Assembly (NCBI GenBank): GCA_046290225.1
Contig: JBKAGE010000036.1
Span: forward strand, 224,001 to 288,000
Origin: Bradymonadia bacterium
GTDB lineage: Bacteria; Myxococcota_A; Bradymonadia; UBA7976; UBA1532
Direction of reading: 5' to 3'
DNA length: 64,000 bases
Shown here: in pieces, positions 8,974-18,100 of the stretch
Layout of the letters: every line of letters starts with the position of its first letter
How positions within the stretch are numbered: position 1 is the first letter of the stretch
The notes under the pieces: model-generated
What the model saw: the letters and a program-made list of their open reading frames with translations, nothing else
Databases searched by the model: none
What the model was told of the DNA's origin: nothing
Program-made: the position numbers and the translations under genes

Positions 8974-10615
8974 CCACGAGCAGGAGCAGCCAGAAGGCGC
9001 TGTGCTTGGACCCCTGACCGGCGTTGCAGTTGCATCCTGAGGTCTCGGCGCTGGGATCATCCTGAGCCACGGGGGTGCCGTCGATGACAGGGGGCGGCGG
9101 GGTGCCGATGCCACCACCGGTGCCTGCCGAGCCGCCGACGGGCTCTGGCGTACCACCAGCACCTCCAGCACCCACTTCACCCTCCCATGCGCAGAAGCCA
9201 CCCCGACATACGAAGCCACGATCGCAGTCCCGGTTCACCACGCACTCGGTGAGGCACTCCTCGTTCACGCAGCTCTGGCCCGGAGAGCAGAACGGCTCGC
9301 ACAGCTTCGGGTGGCAGTAGCCATCCGCGGCGCAGGTGTAATGATCAGGACACTCGTTGAACCGACAGGGCTGCAGGCACTGACCCTCGTGGCCACAGAT
9401 CTCTTCTCCGACGCAGCTGGCCATCTCGTCCACGATGCCGTCGCAGTCGTTGTCCTCGCCATCGCAGATCTCCTCGCCTACGGGCAAGGCCGTACAACGG
9501 ATGTAGGCGCCTTCGACGCAGATTCGGCGGCCGATGTGGCATTCGATCTCACACACCTCGTCGGTGTTCTCGTCGATGCGGCCGTCCATGTCGTTGTCGA
9601 TGCCGTCGCAGATCTCTTCGAGGTTGGGATCGTCGGGCTCACAGTCTTCCTGGGTCATCCCGTCGACACAGGCGGCGGTGCCCGGGTTGCCCGAGGGGGT
9701 GGTGCAGGGCTCCTGGGCGTCTTCGTCGATGCGCATGTCGCAATCGTTGTCGCCGCCATCACAGCTCTCGGTGGGGATGTCGCCGCCGAAACATTCGCTG
9801 AGCACCCCGTCGACGCAGATTTGGCGCCCCTGACCGCAGGGGGTGTCGCAGGGCTGCTCGGGCAGATTCTCGTCCACAAGGCCGTCACAGTCGTTGTCAC
9901 GGGCGTCGCAGACCTCTTCGCTGGCGGCCTGAGCGATGTCTTCGAGCACATTGAACAGCTCGTCGCCGCCGTTGGCCTGGTAGTACTGGCCCGTACCACC
10001 CTGTTGAGCCATCTGGCTGAGCGAGTTGCGATCGACACCGTTGCCGAAGCCGATGACAAAGACGGGGTAGCCGGCCCCAAAGGCATTGCGGGCGGCGTCG
10101 ACGGGGCGGCCGTCACAGGTCTCCTTGCCGTCGGTGATGAGCACGATGAAGCTGCGGCGCCCATTGTCGGCGAGCAGATCGAAGTAGCCCCTGGCCTCGT
10201 CGACGGCGCGACCGATGGGGGTCTTGTTTCGCTCTTCAGGGGCGGTCTGACCCAACTGACCGATGATGTCCACGGCGTTTTGGGGTCGCACCGGCGAGCG
10301 CAGCGCGCCGTTGGCGGTGCTCACACTGCACTGGCCGCTGAAGGGAAACACCATGAGCCCGAATCGGATCTGGTCTTGAAAGGCCTGAGTGAGCCGGGTG
10401 GTGGCGTTCACCGCGTTGTCCCACTTCCGCGACTCGAGCATGCTCCCCGAGCGGTCGAGCACGATCATGACGTTGGGCTCCTCGCAGGCACCGGCACTCT
10501 GAGCGCTGGCCCCAGAGGAGGCGACCAGTACACCGGCGAAGGTCACGAGGCTCAGCAACAACCCGCCGAAGAGGCTCTTCTTCCAGCGGCGTGCAGCATG
10601 ATGGTCGATGTGCAT
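8942..10615 (-). CDS. Surface protein: vWA domain, Cys/Asp-rich MopE-like metal-binding repeats, MYXO-CTERM tail
   Basis: MIDAS DRSGS...TP...LITDG; repeated E.CDG.DNDCDG.VDE; C-terminus SGCNC...FWLLLLVAMAPLRRSRR. Confidence 0.9.
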   Translation of the reverse strand: MHIDHHAARRWKKSLFGGLLLSLVTFAGVLVASSGASAQSAGACEEPNVMIVLDRSGSMLESRKWDNAVNATTRLTQAFQDQIRFGLMVFPFSGQCSVSTANGALRSPVRPQNAVDIIGQLGQTAPEERNKTPIGRAVDEARGYFDLLADNGRRSFIVLITDGKETCDGRPVDAARNAFGAGYPVFVIGFGNGVDRNSLSQMAQQGGTGQYYQANGGDELFNVLEDIAQAASEEVCDARDNDCDGLVDENLPEQPCDTPCGQGRQICVDGVLSECFGGDIPTESCDGGDNDCDMRIDEDAQEPCTTPSGNPGTAACVDGMTQEDCEPDDPNLEEICDGIDNDMDGRIDENTDEVCEIECHIGRRICVEGAYIRCTALPVGEEICDGEDNDCDGIVDEMASCVGEEICGHEGQCLQPCRFNECPDHYTCAADGYCHPKLCEPFCSPGQSCVNEECLTECVVNRDCDRGFVCRGGFCAWEGEVGAGGAGGTPEPVGGSAGTGGGIGTPPPPVIDGTPVAQDDPSAETSGCNCNAGQGSKHSAFWLLLLVAMAPLRRSRR

Positions 10616-10825
10616 GAACGCTCCCTCTGCTGGGGAGTGTTCACCCCAGCGTCAGAGTCCTGTGAGACCTGTATGCCACAGGCACATCATCACAGCGAGG
10701 TGATGTGTGGCCTGTAGGCGATTGTGGGGAGTGTAGCATGCATGGGGCGGGCCGAAGCGAGCGGTGACAGACTCGAGCCTGCCACAGGGGCGCTTCAAGG
10801 TGGCTTTGACAGCCGGGGGCGAGGA

Positions 10826-12136
10826 TCAGGGGGCGGCGGGCACCTCGGTGCGATCTTGCAGATCCTCGTCGACCACAGCGCCATCACCGATCACGACCTG
10901 ACCATTGCGGTGGCCGATGTTGCGGGGGGTGTCGGGGGCCCCGCTGTTCCGGATGATGACGTTGGCCCCAATGGAGGCCTCTCGATACACGATCGTGTAA
11001 TCCTCGATGACCGTGTTGTCACCGATGGTGGTCCGGTTCCCGATGATGCAGTCCTGCCCGATGGTCACGTTGTTGCCCACGACGCCACGGGAGTACAGAC
11101 GGGTCCGGGCGCCGATGTTGGCGTTGTCACCGATCTGCGTGGAGTCATCCACCTGCACCTCGTCGGCGAGCACCGCGTCGTGGCCCACCGAGGCTCGGTA
11201 GTTGAGCACCACGTTGTTCGCCACCTGAGCGCGATCACCGATCGAGGCCCGTGAGCCCATGGTGAACCCGTTCCCGATGACACCGCCGGTGCCGATCGTG
11301 TCCAGGTGGCGCATGGTCAAGTCGTCACCAATGGTGGTGTTGTCGTTCACCGTCACCCGGCCACGCATGTTGGCCCGATCACCGATGGTGACGTTGTTGC
11401 CCACAGTCCCGCGGATGGTGCCGTTGGCGCCGAAGGTGACGTTGTCGCCCACGGTGGCCGAGTAGCCCACCTCGGTGCCAGCGCCCACGGTGACGTCGTT
11501 GCCGACCTCGACGTAGTCGCTGATGATGGCGCCCTCGCCGATGTTGGCGTTGTCACCCACATCGGAGTTTGCGTTCACCGTCACGTTGTCCGCCACCTGA
11601 GCGCCCTCACCCACCGAAGTGTTGGGCTGCAGCTCCACGTTGGCGCCGACGTCAGAGCCAGCACCCACCTCGACCCCGTTGCCGATGACAGTGCCCTCGT
11701 CGACGGTGCTGCCGTCACCCACGTTGGCGCCGATGCCTACGTTGACCGGGTTGTCACCGCCGGCGAGCTCCACGTCGTTGCCCACAACCACGTTCTCCTG
11801 GATGACCACGTTGTCTCCGATGTCGGCGTTGTCACCGACATCCGCGAGGGCGGCGATCTCCACGTTGTTGCCTACATCAGCGCCGGCGCCGATCTCCACG
11901 CCGTTTTCGATGTTCGCCCCATCTCCGATGGCAACGTCTTCTTCCACCTGAACGTTGTTGCCCAAGTCAGCGCCCTCGCCCACATCGACATTGTCGCCGA
12001 GCTGCACATTATCGCCGAGATCTGCGTTGTCGCCGAGGTTCACGTTGTCGCCCACGGCAGAGCCGTCACCGAGCTCGACGCCCTCGCCCACCTCGACGCC
12101 GACGCCGATGTCGTTGCCTTCGCCGAGATCAGCGTC
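10826..12136 (-). repeat. Hexapeptide repeat array (LbH), about 70 units, inside the giant protein
   Basis: [VIL]-G-[DEN]-[NG]-x-x periodicity over about 430 aa. Confidence 0.85.
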
Positions 12137-15100
12137 GGGGTTGACGCAGACATCGCCGAAGCCGTCGCCGTTGTCGTCTACCTGACCGGGGTTGGCGTGA
12201 CGGGGGCAGTTGTCCACGTCACCACAGATGCCATCGTTGTCGATGTCATTGTCCGGATCAGCAGCGCAGAGGTCACAGGCATCACCCAGACCATCCGCAT
12301 CCTGGTCGTCCTGGCCGGGGTTCTGCGTATCGATGCAGTTGTCGGTGTCGTCGGCGACGCCGTCGTTGTCCGTGTCGGTCTCACAGGCGTCGCCGAGGCC
12401 GTCCCCATCGGTGTCGGCCTGATCGGCGTTGGCATCATCCGGGCAGTTGTCGGCGCAGTTGTAGACACCATCGTTGTCTGTGTCGGCCGTGCTCACAGTG
12501 AAGGCGTCAGACACGTCTTCCACCCGAGCGCCGCCGCCGTCGCGGGCCTCGAGGGTGACCCGGAACTCACCGTCGCCGATGTCCTCGGAGAGCACCTGCA
12601 TCACCTCGGACAATGCCGAGCCGTCGTCGGGGGTGTCGTAGTCCTGGCGGCCGATCTCCTGGCCACCGACGGAGGCGATGACGGTGACCACGTCACCCTC
12701 AGGATCGCTCACGTCGAAGGCGAGATCGATGGTGCCGCACACCGTGGAGCCACCGCTGGGTGCCGTGCTGGTGATGCTCGGGGGCGGCTCGTCGAGCACG
12801 CGGATGATGGCGTCGGCCGTAGACGAAGCACCGCTGCCATCGGTGACCCGCACGCGGACCACCTGAGACAGACCCGCAGCCCAGTTGGGGTTGGTGTAGC
12901 CCTCGATGACGGGCCCTTCGGCATCGTCGTACGCCCCGTCGCCGTCGAGATCCCACTGGTAGCTCACGATGCTGTCGCAGGGCGCGTTGGCGTCGAAGGA
13001 GTCCGTGGCATCGAGATCGATGGCGATGGGGTTCCCGTTGACGAAGGCCGTCTGGTACGCGTCACCGGCGTCGGCCACCGGGGCCACATTCTGCACGCTC
13101 AAGGTCACGGTCATCGTGGTCAGATCCGTCTGACCCGCCTCGTCGGTGACCTGGAGTGCCACCACATGATCACCTGGAGTGGTGTACTCGTTGCTGGCCT
13201 CGACGCCATTGGCCTCCGCCTGGAAGTTGCCGTCGTAGGAGAAGTCCCAGGCGTAGTTTGCAAGCCCACGACGGGGATCCGTGTGGAAGCTGCCTGCAGC
13301 ATCGAAGTTGAAGGGGGTACCACACCCGGCCACCTGCGTGTCGGCGCCAAAGACGGCCACCGGCTCGTTGTCGTACACCACCAACGAGGTGGTCACCACA
13401 GACTCCACCCCAAAGCCGTCGGTGACGGTGAGGGTGATGGTGTTGCCGGGCTGATGGGTGTTGGGGTTTGCCGGGCCCTGCAAGCCGTTGTTGGCCAGCT
13501 CGGCGGCGTTGAAGGTGGCCTCACCGTTGAAGCCAGCGCCGAAGGCGCCGATCTGTGCTCCGTTGAGGGCGACGGTGTAGCTGGCAATGGCATCCCCGCA
13601 GATCTCGTCGGGATCGCTGGAGGCCGAGGCGTTGATGGTGAGGGCCTCACCGGTGTTGAGCGTGTAGGGGCCATCGAGGGCCGGGCTCGGCGCGCGGTTG
13701 CCCGACGACACCTCCACCGCCACCTCGTGGGTGTCGGTGTTGCCCTGAGCGTCGGTCACCCGAAGCGTGGCCACGAAGTCACCGAACTGCGTGTAGGTGA
13801 AGTCCACCGTCTGGCCCTCGGCGTCGAAGCTGCCGTCGCTGTCGAAGTCCCACTGGTAGAGCACGATCTCGCGGTTGGGGTTGGTGTGGCTCGAGTTGCT
13901 GGCGTCGAAGGTCAGCTCCTCGCCACAGGCGGCCACGGCGGCGCTCACCTGGAAATCGGCCACGGGCACGATGTCGTACACGTTGAGGGTGCGCGTTCCA
14001 CTCGTGGTCAGACCTGAGGCGTCAGTGATGTAGACATCGATGGTGTATTCCCCTGCAGCGTCGACGTCGGTGTCGTTGGACATCTGGTCATAGGTGAAGG
14101 TCACCGTGTCCATCTCTCCCTCGTTCAGGGCGTCAAAGTCGCCTTCGTCGAGGAAGCCGTTGTTGTTGGCGTCACGCAGGGTGTTCGTGTAGTCCGGCTG
14201 CCCATCGCGGTCCAAATCCCACGCCACCTCGGTGATGAAGTCGAAGTAGGGCGCGTTGGCGTCACCCGACCGCGAAGCGCGAGTGGAGATGGTCAGATCG
14301 ACCACGCCGTCGAAGTCGATGCCGAAGGTGGTCGGCCCCTCGAGCACAGGTGCGTTCGGTGCCTGGCGGTAGAGGAAGTTGAGGGTGCCCACCACGTCGG
14401 CGGAGGCGCCTTCATCGTCGGTGACCGTCAAGCGCACCGGCACCTCGAAGGTGTCGCCGTCAGAGGCCCCCTCGAAGCGCTTGCTCAGCTCGACCTGAGC
14501 GCCGGTGGCATCTTCGTCGCCGTCATTGTCGAGGTCCCAGCTGTAAGTGACGTTGTTGCGGCCAGGGTTGTCGTGGCCGGAGCCAGAGGCGTCAACCGAG
14601 GCGACGCCTACACCGCTCATGCGCACCAGCGTGGGGTTCGCGGCGATCTCGAAGCTCGGGCGGGGGTTGTTCCCGTAGAGGGTCACCGTGGTGCCCACCG
14701 TGCTCGTGGCGCCGAACCCGTCAGTGACGGTGACCGAGATCGTGTTGTTGGGGGCGCCGCTCTCGGGGTCTGCAGGGAACGAGAGGCCGAAGCCCTGGAT
14801 CTGCGCCCAGGTCACCGCGAGGGTGGCGTCGTCCTGGGTCACGTCGACGGTGCCGTCGTTGTCGATGTCGAAGCCGTAGGTGGCGATGGCGTCGCCGCAG
14901 TCGGCGTCGGGATCAACCGAGGCGCTGGCGTCGAGGGTGATGCCCGCGCCCACAGTGCCGAAGATCGGACCCGCGAGAGCCGCCTCTGGGGGCCGGTTGC
15001 CGGCGTTGACCTGCACGTCCACGGTGTCGATGGAGGTGCGCCCAGCGTCGTCGGTCACCCGCAACGCCACGGTGTAGTCGCCGAAGCCGTCGAACTCGTG

Positions 15101-18100
15101 GTTCACCGTCTGACCGTTGGCCTGAGCCTCAAAGCTGCCCACCTGGTAGTCGAAGTCCCAGGCGTAAGCCACGATGTTGCGGTTGGGGTTCTGATGGCTC
15201 GAGCCCTCACCGGTAAACTCGATCGTCTGATCACAGCCCGCCTGGTTGGTGTTCGCCGCAGCGTCCGCGATGGGATCAATGCCGTACACGGTGATCACGG
15301 TGGTGTCGGTGTTGCTCAAGCCCAGGGCATCGTAGCCCCGGAGCGTCACAGTGTATTCACCGGGTGCATCCAACCCGAAGCCGGCGAGATCCTGCGCCGT
15401 GAGGGCCAGCGTGGCCTGCAGCGCGCCGTCAGCGTCGGGGTTGCCGTCGTTGTTGGTGTCGGCCCGCTCGAAGATCGAGTCGGCGGTGCCATCGTTGTCG
15501 ACGTCCCACTCGAATCGGGCGATGAAGTCGCCGAAGTCGTCCACATCAAGATCGTACGAGGCGGAAGCGTCGAGGGTGACCCCCTGCCCCAGATCGATGG
15601 CGTAGCCCGTCTCGGGATTGTCCGTGGGATCGGCGTCGATGACCGGAGGAGTCGGAGGCGGCTGGAAGGTCACCTGGAAGACCACGCTGGCGCTGTTGCC
15701 GGCATCGTCGGTCACCGTCAGACGTACGTCGCGATCCACGGGGTTGTTGGGCACCGGATCGAAGACCACGGCGAGATCAGCCTGAGCACCATTGGCGTCT
15801 TCAGTGCCGTTGTCATCGAGGTCCCAGCTGTAGCTGACGTTGCTCCGCACCGGGTTCTGGTGGCTCGACCCCGTGGCGTCGAGTCGGGTGGTGGCGGTGT
15901 TGTTGCCCACCTGGATCGGCGCCGGATCGGGCTGAGCATCGGCCACAGGCACCGGATCACCACCGTACACAGTGAGGGTGGTCTCGGCGGTGTTGCTGCG
16001 ACCCAAGGAGTCGGTCACCCGCAGGATGAGGGTGTTTGCAGGCAGCCCGGTGTTCGGATGCGCCGGGCCCTGAAGGCCCTGCAGATCATTTGCAGCCACG
16101 GTGGGGTTGGCGCCGTTGGCGATGACCTCTTCACCGTTGCCCAGATCCACGAGCCACTCGTACGTGACCACGCTGTCACCACAGGCGCTGTCGGGATCGC
16201 CCGAGCCCGAAGCGTCGAGCGTGAGATCGTCGCCCAGCTCCATCTCGTAGGGCCCATTGGTCTCGCCCACAGGGGGCAGGTTGCCCGCGCTCACCGCGAT
16301 GTCGATGGTGATCTCGTCGGTGCGACCGTCAGCGTCACTCACCCGCAGAGTGGCGGTGTAGTTGCCGAAGGCGGGGTAGGCGTGGGTAGCCACGGCAGTG
16401 TTGGCGTCGAAGGTGCCGTCGCTCTCGAAGTCCCAGGCGTAGGCGGTGATGTTCTTGTCGGGGTTCTCGTGGCTCGAAGCCCGGCCGTCGAAGCTGACAT
16501 CCTGATTGCAGCCCGCCACGTTCACGCTGGCAGAGCCTTCGGCGATGGGGTTGACCCCTCGCAGATCGAGGATGGCGCCATCGGTGCCCGTGAGGCCTAC
16601 GCCGTCGGTCACCCGCACGGTGACGGGGTAGTCACCGTCTGCGTTGATGCCCAGACCGGCGAGCTGCTGAGCGGTCACCACCTGGGTGTAAGGGCCGTCG
16701 TCATTGCCGTCGATGCGGCCATCACCGTTGGTGTCGGCGCGATCAGCGCTGAAGTCGAAGACGCCGTCGTTGTTCAGATCCCACTCCACCCGGGAGATGA
16801 AGTCGAAGAACGGCGCGCCCTCGTCGGCGTCGCTGCTGTTGGAGGCGTCGAGGGTGAAGCTCTGACCGATCTCCACCACATATGGGCCACCTGCGTTCGC
16901 CGTGGGGGCGTTCTGTGGCGCGTTGAAGCGGAAGTTCGCCACGATGTCGGTGGTGTCGGCGTTGCCGTTGGCGTCGGTGACCGTGAGACGCACCGTACGG
17001 GTGGCATCCCCGTTGGGGCGGGGGTTGAACACCACCTGCAGGCTCGCCTGCTCACCGTTGGCGTCGACGCTGCCGTCGCCGTCGAGATCCCAGGTCCAGG
17101 CCTGATTCTGCCCCTCGGGGCTCTCGTGACCCGAGGCCCTGGCGTCGAGGTTGATGGTGGCCAGGCCGTTCACCGCGATGCCTGCAGGATCAGGCGTGAT
17201 GACGCCTGCGGCCACGGGGCGTGTGCCGAAGATGGTCAGGGTGGCGCTGTCGGTGTGGCTGATCCCGAAGGCATCGGTCACCCGCACCGTCACCGTGTTG
17301 CTCGGCAGGCCCGTGTTCGGGTTCGCCGGACCCGCGAAGATGCTCGACACCTGGCCAGCGTTCAGGGCCAGGCTCGCGCCGTCGCCATCATCGAACTGGC
17401 CATCGCCGTCGAGATCCCAGGCGTAGGTCACGCTGTCGCCACACTGGGCGACATCGGCGTCGCTCGACCCCGCGGCGCTCAGAGTCACCCCATCGCCAGA
17501 GTCGAGCACGTAGGGCCCATTGGCCTCGGCCTGAGGCGGACGGTTGCCCTGGTTCACGTCGATGGTCTCGGTGGCGGTGTCGGTGTTGCCGTCCTCGTCG
17601 GTCACCACCAGGGTCACCCTGGCCTGACCGAAGCCGCCGAGGGTGAAGTTGGCGGTGCTGCCCTGGGCCTGAGCCGCCTGGACGAACTGACCATCGAGGC
17701 CCGCGAGCTCCAGCGTCCAGTCGTAGGACTGGATGCTGTTGAGGGGGCTGCGGTGACGAGAGCTGCGACCGTCGGCGTTGAGGGCGCCGTTGCAGCTGCC
17801 CTGGGCTACGTTGAGGCTGAAGGCCGCCTCCGGGCTGTTGTCGTAGATGGTCAGCGTGGCCGTGTCGGTCACCGAAGCGTTGTTCTCGTCGGTCCCTCGG
17901 ATCGTGATCGTGTGTGCGCCGACCCCCAGAGCAGAGAGCGTGTTCGCCGAGAGCAACGGCGTAGCGCCGCTGGCGTCGCCGAACTGTCCATTGCCCGTTA
18001 GATCCCAGGCAAAGGCCACCTCGTCGCCACAACCCACGTTGGGATCAGAGCCCGAGCCCTGAAGCGCCAGGGTCTCGCCGAGGTTCACTTCGTAGTCGGG

